A stretch of DNA of 64,000 bases, taken from positions 10,664,001 to 10,728,000 of the forward strand of contig CM060732.1 of the NCBI GenBank assembly GCA_030704615.1, given 5' to 3'. Position numbers and translations under genes: made by a program. The notes beneath the pieces were generated by a model. The model was not told the DNA's origin. It searched no databases and was given only the letters and a program-made list of their open reading frames with translations. This DNA is from Takakia lepidozioides (lineage: Eukaryota; Plantae; Bryophyta). Shown here in pieces: positions 52,850-64,000 of this stretch (positions within the stretch are counted from its first letter, which is position 1; the number at the start of each line of letters is the position of its first letter).

Positions 52850-53925
52850 TGTTGGGAGAGGGAGCGCTTGGGAGAGAGAACGCTCGAGATGGAGGCTTTG
52901 GAGAGATGTGAGCAAGTGATGCGGGAAGGATGAAGACCAAAACTGGAATTGTAATGTTCCTCTGAGCACTGCTATATTTGAACATGTATGTCAAATGTGG
53001 GAACATCAAGGATGCAAAGGGATTGTTTGACCATATGGCTGAACGAGATGTGGTGATGAGGAAGACAATGATTGCAGGATGCACAACAGAGGCGTGGGAT
53101 GGAGGCTTTCGAGACCTAGGAGCAAATGATGCGGGAAGGGGTGAAGCCCAACCACGTCACGTTTGTTTGCGTTAATGCATGTGCAAGCCTAGCGGCCAAG
53201 AGGTCCATGGTGACATCGTGAAAGCTGGAATTGTACCAGATGTCATTCTGAACACCGCCCTGGTGGACATGTATGCTGAATGCGGGAGCATTGAAGATGC
53301 AAAGGTAATGTTCGACAATGTGGCTCAACGAGATGTGGTGTCATGGAGTGCGATGATCGCAGGATATGCATAGCAGGGGCACGGGATAGAGGCTTTGGAG
53401 ACCACCTATGAGCAAATGATGCGAGAAGGAGTGAAGTCCGACCGAGGCATCACGTTTGAGACCATTTGCAATGTATATGCAAGCCTGGGAGACCTGGTAA
53501 AGGGCAAAGAGATCCATCGTGACATCGTCAAAGCTGGAACTGTACCAGAGTCATTCTAAACAATACCCTCGTGGACATGTATGCCAAACGTGGGAGCATT
53601 GATTCTGTAAAGGGAGTGTTCAACAATATGGCTGAGCGAAATGTGGTGTTGTGGAAAGTGATGATCGTAGGACATGCACAACAGGGGCGGGGATTGGAGG
53701 TTTTGGAGACCTATGAGCAAATGATGTGGGAGGGGTGAAGCCCGACCACATTACGTTTGTTTGCATTTGCAATGCATGTGCGAGCCTGCTGGAGAAGGGC
53801 AAAGACGTCCATGGTTGCATCGTCAAAGCTGGAATTGCTTTGCATCCTCAAAGCACCCACATTTGACATACATGTCCACAAGGGTATTGTTCAGAATGAC
53901 ATCTGCCAAGTGTTCGAGAAAGTGG
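52850..53925 (+). pseudogene. PLS-class PPR pseudogene fragment
   Basis: Repeated motifs MYVKCGNIKDAKGLFDHMAERDVV, NTALVDMYAECGSIEDAKVMFDNVAQRDVVSWSAMIAGYA and GVKPNHVTFVC, with stops and frameshifts. Confidence 0.9.
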
Positions 53926-53964
53926 TCTGTGAAATCCCTCATGGGTCATGACACAAGGTCGAGG

Positions 53965-55680
53965 ACAATGTGGTGAGGGCACCTTCTTCTTCGACCTATT
54001 TTCAGCCTGTTTTGCCCTCTCATCAGACTCGGCCCTGATTCCTGATTGCATGTTGAATTATGAAAATTAGCTCGTTGGGTGGTGGTGACGGCACGAGGGA
54101 TGCTAGACCGTGAGTGGTGAGCCTGTACTCACGTGAGCGGTGCTGCCCCAAGATTTTGCAAAAAGGTACTGTACGCAATTCCGCAGATGACACCCATAAC
54201 CACGGGCAGGATATCCCTGTAGGCATGCCAATGACATGAAGAGCATAGTTGCTAAGGATCCAACCGATTGTTGCGATATTGACAATGGGCACAATGAAGA
54301 TTGGTAATTAAGGGGAAGGTGGTATAGTGGATGGGTAATAAGGGTTTTCTTTAGGGTTTTTAGGGGTTTTTTTTCCGCAGATGCCACTGAATTTTTTCTT
54401 GTTTTTTCGGGGTTTTAGGATTTTTAGGGTTTTCTTAGGGGGTTCTTAGGGGGGTTTTATTGTCCCTGCAGATGCCACTGAAAGTGGTGTGCGGTGCCAC
54501 ACACCACTTTCAGAGGATTGTTTTTTGGGGGTTTTAAGGGTTTCCTTAGGGGTTTTTTTTAGTGTGCGGTGCCATTGAAAAAGGTGTGCGGTCCCGCACA
54601 CCCCTTTTCAGGATTTTGTTTTTTTTTTTGGGTTTTTTTAGGGTTTCTTTTTAGTGTGCAGTGCCACTGAAAGAGGTGTGCGGTGCCGCACACCCCTTTC
54701 CAAGGATTTTCTTTTTCTTTTTTTGGGGATTTTTTTTAGTGTTTTTTAGGGTTCCCCCCCCAAGATGCCACTGAAAATGGTGTGCGGTGCCGCACATTAC
54801 TTTCAGGGTTAATTTTTTTGGGGGGTTTTTTTAGGGTTTTTTCCCTCCAGAAGTGGTGTGCGGTGTCGCACACCACTTTTAGGGGTTTGTTTTAGGGTAA
54901 TTTTGGGGTTTTTATGCTCGGGGGATATTTTAATGCACACCACTTTTGGGGATATTTTAGGGTTTAGGTTTGGCAATTGCCACTCAAAATGGTGTCGTCT
55001 TGTTTGTGATATACATCATAGGTCAGCAGTTGACAGTCCTAGCTATTCATTGAAGCCATGTGCTCTTCTTTCATAATAGGGTATAATTTCATCATACTAT
55101 ACATGCCTGTTCCCACGGTTATAGGTCCAGCGGGAATAGGTACTCTTTCTTCGACCGCCCATTTTGTGGCATTTGCTGACGTGGCTTGAGCGTGGGCTCA
55201 CGCCACGCCAGCCCCGCGTGAGCGTGAGCTCACTGCTCACGCCGTAGCGTCGCTATGAGGGCACCTTCTTCTTCGACCTATTTCAGCCTATTTTTCTCTC
55301 TCATCAGACTCGGCCCTAATTACATGTTGAATTCTGAAAGTTAGCTGTTGGGTGGTGGTGAGGGCACCTTCTTCTTCAACCTATTGTAGCCTGTTTTGCC
55401 CTCTCATCAGACTCGGCCCTGAATGCATGTTGAATTCTGAAAGTTAGCTGGTTGGGTGGTGGTGAAGGCACCTTCTTCTTCGACCTATTTCAGCCTGTTT
55501 TGCCCTCTCATCAGACTCGGCCCTGATTCTTGATTGCATGTTGAATTGTGAAATTTAGCTCATTGGGTGGTGGTGAGGGCACCTTCTGAACTTCGACATA
55601 TTTCAGCCTGTTTTTCCCTCTCATCATACTTGGCCCTAAGATGCATATTGAATTTTGTAAATTAGCTCGTTGGGTAGATC
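53965..55680 (+). repeat. ~105-115-bp tandem repeat (about 5 units) split by a hAT insertion
   Basis: The unit ggtgagggcaccttcttcttcgacctatttcagcctgttttgccctctcatcagactcggccctg...ttagct occurs at about 53972, 55256, 55357, 55461 and 55572. Confidence 0.9.
54094..55255. mobile_element. Non-autonomous hAT element with telomere-like tracts and repeated hairpins
   Basis: Imperfect TIRs c(g)agggatgcta...cgtgag and ctcacgccgtagcgtcgcta (Ac-like C/TAGGGATG). 8-bp TSD tgacggca (54086-54093) / tgagggca (55256-55263). Confidence 0.75.
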
Positions 55681-55748
55681 TGTGGTGGTTTGGGGTGCAG
55701 CAAGAGTGTGGGAGTAAGGCTTTGGAAACCTCATTGGACTGCTCTGCG

Positions 55749-58700
55749 TCATGGAGGTAGCTGTGTCAATGTCCACGTCTCATTTTGAAGGAGTGAGTTA
55801 TACTCCGCCTGCATTGCCTCTTGCCACTTGGTATGATCTGGTGAAGAAATGGCCTCTTCATACGTATTTGGATCATCAAGAGACTCAATGGTCTCAGTGT
55901 TTCCTGCAAAATCAGTTTCAGCATAATAGAGGAAATCGCCGAACCGTTGAGGTGGCCCTGCATTTCGCTGTGGTCTGACTCTCACACGAGCTTCGTAAAA
56001 AATGATTTGACCGTTGGCATCTGGATTTTCCACATAATCTCTGCTCTCTACTGCTCCCGAGCTCTGTGATCCATCAATTGGTTCTATAGGCTGTGCCACA
56101 TTCTGTTGCCCTTCTGGCTGAACTGGATGTGTTGATGCATTTGAGGCAGGACCTAAGGCAAGTAGTATGATAGAGCTCTGATTGCTCTGTTGAGATTCCT
56201 TGAACGCTATGTTGGTTGCATCATCGTGAAACAAGACATCTCTGCTTACAATCACCTCAAGCGTTTTTCTGTGTCCTAAAGCCTATAAGCTTTACTCTGG
56301 ATGTCATAGCCTAGGAAGAGGCACTTTCTGCTTTTCTATCCAACTGCTTACGCAGCTGCGCGGGGATGTGTGCATAGGCTGTATCTGCGCTTACAAGCAG
56401 AGACATAACTTGTTTATACAGCAACAGCCGGAAAAGTGATGTTCTTAATCGCTTCAAGGAGTTATGGAACATCTCCAAGCATGCTACCGGAAACGAGATA
56501 ATGAAGCTTCACACCGATCGAGGGACTGAATATGTGAACAAGGCATTTGCCGATTTTCAATCAGCTACTTGGGAATCACGCATGAGCTGACAGCAACGTA
56601 CACCCCTGAACAAAATGGTTATGCACAAAGAGACAACCGAAGCATTATCGAAATGGTTAGGACTATGCTCCACGACAAGCAAATGTTGCTCAACTTTTGG
56701 GGTGAAGCGTATAGGGCCCACCCCAGACAGGGGGCAGTAGCCGTAAAGTGAAATGGCTCCTAGTTACGTGGGCTTCGGCCGGAATCTTCTCTCTCTCTGG
56801 GGTGAAGCAGTAATGACGGCAGCATATTTGCTCAACCGAATTGGCACTCTTTCCTTAGGGTATGCAACCCCATTGAAGGCCTGGAATAATAAGCGGCCAG
56901 ATGTGGCACATTTACGTGCAAAGGGTTGTAGCAGGGCCACTGGTTTGGAGCAGGAGCTGGAAGTATGCAAGGAAAAGGTGGCTCTGCTTACACGTGATAA
57001 TCATAATCTGCAAGAAGAGCTGACTGAAGCTTATCGTGTCAAGTTATTGTCAGAAATTTAATGAATACTTGCCTACAAATGGACTAAGCATCATACAAGC
57101 AGCTAGGCCCTTAAATAGTGTGCTGAAGCACTACCCTTACTCATCATAATTGTCCTTCTGGAAAAACTTTCAATCAGATCGTATGAGGGACAAGAGTTGA
57201 TGGCATACCAATGTCTCTGCAATGATTGAGCTGGTTCAAGGCAGCTGGAGCTCGTTGCTCATAATCCCTTGTCCTGATGCATTTCAGTTTCCAAGCATCT
57301 TCAGTAGAGATGATCGACACAAGATTGCGGCTCAGGTCAGGTACAAAGAGTACTCGGTTCAAAATGCCTCTTATCCAAATCCCGTCGACATAAGACTCTA
57401 TTTCTATGTCTCCAACACCTCTAACCCAAACCCGAAGGTCCGTTGCGACTTTAACTCCCCAGACCCAGAGACAACAGTTTAAAGTTAGCATACCAATCGC
57501 GATGGAATGTCATGTGCTCCCGATGCCCCGGAGTCGGCAATCCACATTTCTTCTTGATCACTGTGCGTGATGTACGCATGACTGCTGTATCGTGCTGTTG
57601 TAAGCACGAGTCTGAGTATTCTCTTGTGAGGCTACAAGTTCCAACTCCTCCACTGCTTCGTGTATCTCTGATATAACTGGTAATGCAAAACTCCATTGGC
57701 CATTACTTGCTGTTGCATCACTCCCACTGTCACTTGCAGTATGGTCGCAAGAAACGCATCGCTCTCCATGACGTCGGTTTCTATTACATTAGCTTGGCTG
57801 CCTGGCTTACGCTTACAGTCCTTCTTGCAGCCTTTGATTGAGCAAGGATCCTCCGTGCATTCCTTAGACCAGTGTCCCCAGCAATGATACAAGTTGCACT
57901 GACTGCTCTTTTTCAATTCAGCTATTCTTCGATTTCTTGTCTTCCTTTGCTCAGGAGTATATTCTCGTTTGCTATAGCTCCCACTCTGACTAGCACTAGG
58001 GCTATAACTGGCAGTGCGACCTGTGCTATGGCCATGACTCCCACTATGGCTGCCAGTCTTGCCTGAACTTTTAGGCTTCCCACTACTGGCGAAGAACGCC
58101 TTATCTGCAAGATCCTGGCCTACTCCTCTCTCCTTCTCGAGATTCTCCTTCTTTAATAAATGGTCCTGCAGCTTATTGAGTGTTTGCTCTGCCTTTGGTA
58201 CGCTGTCCAAGGCATAGAGAAGATTGTCGAAGCTAGGTGGAAGTCCACTTACGATCTTAGATATGATCGCTCTTTCGTCCATGGACGTCCAGCATCTCTG
58301 CCCTAGTATGTAGCAACGTCATCTCCTGGCTGCATGTTCACCCTGTACCATCTCATCTAAAGATGATGTACGATATCATCTGTTGCTTGCTCGTTAACTT
58401 GGATCAGTAATCCCCACATGTCTGCTGCTGTTTCATAATGCATCACATGCTGCAAATGCTTCTCATCAATGGCCTGAATCAGAATAACAATTGCCTGTGT
58501 ATTCTTATCATCCCATACCTTTACTGCCTGACTGTTTGCAGGGTCAGGTCGCTTATCCTTTCCACACAGTACATCCCACAGACCTGTAGATGTATTCCAT
58601 TTGGAACCCCAAACTGGAAATCCCTCACCAGTATACTTTCGTATGCCTATTCCTTCTTTCTCGCCACCGCTTGCCATAGCTGAATCGTAACAATACTTAA

Positions 58701-59345
58701 TATCGCTTAGACTTCTATTCTGCACGTGAACTTTCTCAATGCTACTGATCAAATCTATCCTGCCGTAGCAATATGTTCTCTATCTATGCTTTCTGCACGT
58801 AAACTCAATGCTACTCAAATCTATCATGCCGTAGCAATACGTTCTCTATCTATGCTCAGATATCTCCCAACTGTTGTTTGAATCAACTGATTATGCCAAT
58901 CAGTTCGTTCAATCCTCACTTCTTGATTGCTTCTTGCGCAATGCTATCGCTCAGCTCATGCTATCCTTCTTGCTCTCAACTCGATTCCACCTTCTACAAC
59001 AATATGCACAACTCTTGAAGCGGTTGTGGGATAACCTTTTAGCTAGAATTGCAGGTAGAAGACAAATCTGTTACAATGGAATAAAAAATAGTGCAGTGCT
59101 CATCAGAGTACTTGTAGGCATTCGAGGATGCCAACAAAAATGAGCGCGTAGATTCAAACTGTGTTTCTAGAAGCTACATACTCTGCAGGAAACTTCTGGA
59201 ACACTCTATCCTATCTGTCTTAGAATCCTTCATCTAATTCGCTGAGTTGGATCGTTAAAAAATCTGACGTGGCCGCCATGTAGTAGTCCGTTGTTTATTT
59301 CGTGGAACTCTGTCACTTAATAGCTAGTTTGCATGTTATCTCACA
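55749..59345 (-). mobile_element. Ty1/Copia element: 5' LTR, gag, protease, integrase and start of RT, with the integrase core inverted
   Basis: LTR about 59345-59037 starting TGTGAG, followed by a ggttat-type PBS; gag (FPVW, WDDKNTQA, SGLPPSFD); knuckle CxxxHCWGHWSKEC; protease WIADSGAS/EHMT; AYAHIP..LRKQLD; PNTYEEAISSPDHTKWQEAMQAEYNSLLQNETWTL. The integrase core is on the + strand at 56385-56920. Confidence 0.9.
56709..56797 (+). mobile_element. 89-bp 5'-truncated retroposed element with a (TC)n tail
   Basis: 11-bp TSD tggggtgaagc (56698-56708 / 56798-56808) splits the integrase FWGEA codons. The tail is ttctctctctc. Confidence 0.8.
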
Positions 59346-59820
59346 CTGGAAGGTTCAATGAGTTATTTCAACTGCCTGCTGTTGTAGTAGGGGCGGAAGC
59401 GTTGTTTGCACGGATGCATTCAGACACAGAAGTTGACACTGGATCCAACCTGCTAAGGGAGGGCCAGTGGACCCTTCTTGTGAAATCCCTCACGCTGGTA
59501 GCTTTCCTTCTGATCATCCGCCTTGCCCAGAAGGTGTGGAAGGAACGTATGATAGCTGCCTCTCAGGCAGAGCTCAAATCAGCTGCAGTGGAACTCCCGG
59601 GAGAAAGCAACGTAATTTTGGTCTGTGGGATCACCCATGTTGTGAGTTTCCGCCTGGTGGTGCTTGCTGTTCATGGTGCTAGAACTAACAATGACCAAAT
59701 AGCATTGACCAAGGAAGTCAATGATTTGCAAATGTCCCCGACTTATGTCATGCAGAAGGAAGCAAAGGAGTATTGGGAACTGGTGGAGGACCTGTTCCTG
59801 CTGCCACAGGTTGTGGGTCC
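59346..59820 (+). pseudogene. DUF2921-like plant membrane-protein gene fragment
   Basis: GAEALF...LVKSLTLVAFLLIIRLAQKVWKER...LPGESNV...EYWELVEDLFLLPQVVG resembles the DUF2921 TM region. It is cut at its 5' side by the Copia LTR. Confidence 0.6.
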
Positions 59821-60937
59821 AGCTCAGCCTACATGCGCCCACTTTCATGTACTCTCTGTGTGCAATTATTCTGTGGTAAGACAGCCCTGGTTGAAAAACC
59901 AAATCCTGCTTCAAGGTTTTGATCCATGTAAGGTTCATTTTTAGTCAAATGACTACTTGATGATTAGAGAACATATTATGACCACTACAGGCCCGAAGGA
60001 GAGAGAGGAGGGATGGCATCTGTGGTGCCAGCATGTCCACATAAAAGCGTAGTAAAATATTTTTACTTCCCTTGGAGGTGCATGGGACAGACCTTGATTG
60101 GAGTGGCTTGCATATGGTGTGATGGCAGACCTGTTACCCAGCCCAGGCGCAGTCGGGGTGCCCCTCAACATATGGTAAAGTTTAAGCCTCACACAACTCT
60201 ATGGCTGGAAGATGCTCATTGGCAACGGGGTTTTCAGATTCATGAGCAACTGGGCAGCAGGCTGCGATCATGTACAGAGCTTCTTCTCTTGACGAAGAGG
60301 GGAAGTCTCTCACTGTCTACGTGGGGGCACACCCCTCGCTTTAACTTGTTGAAAGCCGCAGCTCAAGTGCACATTCACCCTCTTTCAGTCCTCAACTCCT
60401 ATGTATCCCTCCCTCTCTCTATCTCCTTAGGATTTCCATTTATCGTACGTCAACTATTGCACCATATTCATAAAATGGTCCAGGCCCGGTCTTGGGTGTT
60501 ACACACCTCCCTCGTGACACCATTATCTTCTGGAACATACGAGAATTCCCAATTTTGGAGGGGATTCGATTCGATATTGATTATGCGAACACCTAGTAAT
60601 TTCAAGTCATAATAGTGATGGGCCAGTGACCCCCATCAAGGAACCACAAACTACATACTATCAGTACATCAAATCCATCGACCTCGTCGTATCTGCTATA
60701 CACCCAGAACACTCTGTGTTGCACGTTATCACAAATTCTACATAGCTCATATCTACATAGCCAACAGCCCGATTGGAGATCCACTGGTGAAGAAAAAAGC
60801 AAGGACGACAGTAGCCCGTGTAACTGTGGATACTCGAAAATAGTAACCAGTGGAGAGAAACATGGCAAACTCAAGCGGATGGAAGACTTGGACGTATACA
60901 GTCAGCTAGTCTCTTATAGATGCAATTTGGACCTCAG

Positions 60938-63450
60938 TCACAGTCGCTTGCTGATTCGGATGGGATAACCACCTTTGGGAGGAGTAAGAGCCCAGTGCTG
61001 GTGGCCTGGATTAGGTCCAATTCTCTCCCACCTACAAAGCATCTCATGACACTTCGTCAGTGCATATCAACCCTCGAATCAGTGCATAGCACCAGGCAGA
61101 AGTACATATCTGTTTACGTGATCACTTTTGATCTGTATCTCTCCTCCATCCACATTGCAATTCCACACTGATCAACTCTCAACAATTTTGACTTCAATGT
61201 CGTCCTGGCTATGCAGCTACTTCTGTCTCTCTTCCCTACATCTAAGATACGCACAGTTGAGAGAAAATCCGTCTGCAGGGGTGCATGTCACGAGTACAGA
61301 ATTATAGGCTTACGCACCTGTATTGAGTAACCAAGTAATGGAGGAAAACTAGGACCTCTGTCTTTGAAAGCTCGCCACCAGGGCACTTGTGTGGTCCGTG
61401 GCCAAAGGGGAAAAATGTGTTGGGCTTTGGTGGAACCTGCCATCCGTCCCAGACGTTTATGCATTGAAGAGCCCCAGATCCCTCATGGAACGAGACTAGC
61501 CTCCAAGAAGATTGACTAGAGAGTAATCTTGAGAGTATCCGAAATGCATGAATGGTCTACCATACCTCAAAGCGGAACGGATCAAACTTCCAAGGTTCCG
61601 GAAAGTATTCTGGATTCCTATGAAGAGCACCCACTGATGCCCAGACTTTCCATCCCTTTGGAATGAAATGCCCTGCACAAACAAGCATTTCTATCAGGAA
61701 TTGGCCAAGCACGAGTTGTGGACCTTTCTTCCATATCCCTCTGGAAGGCATTCCACGTCCCTTTTAAAATATGCACAGCAGTAAGTTGTCATTAACTAAA
61801 AGGACAAAGCATGATTAAGGTATGGTGTCATGATTTTAGAATCACATGCAACCAAATTCTGTACAATGAAATTGAATGCCAGACCAAGTGACTAGCAGCT
61901 ACCATTCAACTCCACATCTTGGGCTGCTGTTCGAGGAATAAATGGAACCAATGATGCACACCGAAGACCCTCCAGAAAGACCTGCATTCATGAAGCTTGT
62001 CAGGATTCAGTAAACAGGGCCAAACAAAATGCTGGAAGATTAAACTCTTCCCAGTTAATTCAGATCATCAATTTTTCCTCTTTTCTAGAAGAACACGTTT
62101 GACATAAACTTGCTCCTCCTGTTTCGCACTCTTGAGATCCAACTTCCAAAGCTAATGTGCCCCCTAGTCTTATTCGTGTTCTCCCATTTTTCAGAGATGC
62201 TTACAGGACCTGGTCACATTTTGTGGCCTGCTGGGTGGATGTATTTGTTCCCTGCAAATGGGGCCCTAAGCTCCAAGCCCACGTCTGACTATCTTCCTCA
62301 GTGTTTTGACATGGACTGTCAAAGGGCAGGATGTGATAACGTACAAGATTACTGAGCGGCATGTGGTTCTTCATGTCCAACGGTGTCAACACATAATCCT
62401 CTGTTTGCCTCAAGCTCATGTGCTCTGCCTGCTCAGTGTACTGATGCCTGAGTTAGTATATTCTTCAATCCATTGCAGACTCCCATCATGTGCTAACTTT
62501 TCCAACACATAAAATCGTTCCAGGTGTCTTCCAAGTTTTGATGCAGTAACTTCAAACAAGCAGATAGCAACTGGCAGAGGTGAAGGAGAGCCATTGCATC
62601 CATTCCAGATGACACATAAATTCATATTAAACACAAGAGGGAGCAAACATTGAGGTTCTTGGATACATAGGCTGCCAAGATAAGCAGGGTAGTTGTTACA
62701 GCACAGGTCAGCATCAAACACATCTACAAAAGGTGAACTTCTCAGAGAATTGGACAGAACAAGACCCAAGGTTAATTTCATGTGCACTGAGAACAATATT
62801 GGTTCTACTTTCATACATTACTTTCCAATTTTCATCTCCATTGGAACATGCATCGCATGTGGGCGATGAGCAGCTGGTTACAATTCACTTACTCTCACAG
62901 CTTCGAATATGGCAGGATTTTCATCAAGAAACTTCATAATCCAGGGAATCAGTGCCGAAGTGGTCTCGAACCCAGCAAAGAACACAGTAATGATGATAAG
63001 GCAGATCTGCCGGGGTGTGAATTGTGACTCATCCTCAAGTTTGTACTCCATCAAAGCTCCGAGAAGATCATCGTAATCTTTTCCTTCTTGTCTTCTCTGC
63101 ACCATGTAGCTTTCCATTTTTTCAAAAATCTTCTCTTTGGCCTGGTACAAGTAAAGAAAAGTAGTGAAAGTTAACCTCAGAGGACACCCTGAGAATAATA
63201 AAAACTGACTTGTAAGTGAAGACAGCCTAATATCGATTTGAACAGTCGCTCAAGTTTCAGGAGGAAATCATGACTGGATTTAGGACGTACAAGGACCTAC
63301 CACCAGTGCCGTCCGAATCTGGGAGAACGGAACATTCCAGGGCCAGGCAGTGAACCCCTTCCCATTCTGTGTGGCTAGTCTTCCCATCTCCTTGGCTTCT
63401 GCAGAGTCCACTTCCAGGTGTTTGCACACGAAGTGAAGATCGACAGAGAA
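60938..63450 (-). CDS. Cytochrome P450, CYP85 clan (CYP707/716/90-like); 5' exons lie beyond the window end
   Basis: I-helix FFAGFETTS; ExxR (EGLR); IPKGWKV...[18 protein letters not shown]; haem motif [12 protein letters not shown]; last exon WERIG...[13 protein letters not shown] (TGA 60938-60940); GT-AG introns. Confidence 0.92.
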
Positions 63451-64000
63451 GGTAAACTGCCACGTTGTTTGAAGTAAAATCAAATATCAGAACTAGTCTC
63501 CTCCGTGAAGACCAAACGAGTATCATATCTGCACTTATGTCCACAATGAAGAACAATGAGCCTGAAAGAGCAATTCTAACCTGCCCTATTACTTGTTTCC
63601 TGATATGTGCTCAGCAGTTTTGTCAAATTTGCAGAATCAAACGTTCAGATAGTTTGTATCAGCCAGAGAAGAATACTCATGCAGACTGTACTAAATAGTT
63701 TGATCATCAGACATATAGGTATGGACTCTTATCAATTTGAGGAGGGAGAGAGAGGGAGGGAGGGAGGGAGGGAGGGAGTGTGTGTGTGTGTGGGTGTGTT
63801 TAAGCGTGGTTCACTGTAACACTCATACAGAGTTACACTCCACGTCGGGTTTTGGGAAGTCCATGGACTAGTGATCAACCTAGATATTGCGATTGTATAG
63901 TCCTGTGCATCTATTTCATCCCTGGATACCTTTGAGATGACTTAACCGCCATGATTAATGCAGGAAGTTGAAACCTCAGGAACTGCACCTTCTCAACTTC

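Noticed and set aside
54470-54885. Palindromic repeats with regular spacing, resembling a CRISPR array
   Set aside because: The spacers are related low-complexity T/G tracts rather than unique sequences, the repeats are degenerate, there are no cas-like ORFs, and the array sits inside a TIR/TSD-bounded element.
60132-60503. Possible solo LTR (tgttac…gttaca)
   Set aside because: The flanks match only partly (gacc/cacc) and there is no PBS, PPT or partner copy.

Overview
Eukaryotic nuclear DNA from a land plant lineage with flagellated sperm, probably a bryophyte (inferred from a CASC1/DNAI7 inner-arm dynein gene, PLS-type PPR remnants and the TE families). Apparently intact intron-containing genes are HMGB (-), TGD2 (-), eIF3j (-) and the 3' part of a CYP85-clan P450 (-). 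The CASC1/DNAI7 gene (+) is frameshifted. The rest is a dense, nested and broken TE mosaic: a chromovirus inside a hAT-type element, two non-chromovirus Gypsy remnants, two Copia remnants, LINE 3' ends, a tRNA-derived SINE, hAT-type non-autonomous elements and higher-order tandem repeats. Main observations: (1) a polarised, age-ordered array of LINE 3' ends repeatedly inserted at one TC-rich site in eIF3j introns, with inverted copies flanking two exons; (2) a covarying structured-RNA motif shared by two separate retroposed inserts; (3) many templated insertions and inversions, several with microhomology at the junctions, carrying histone H3, nad7-like and other host-gene pieces; (4) decay of a sperm-flagellum gene among intact housekeeping genes. 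All homology calls are motif recognition from memory, not database searches. No CRISPR, Fanzor/TnpB, rRNA or intact tRNA gene was seen.
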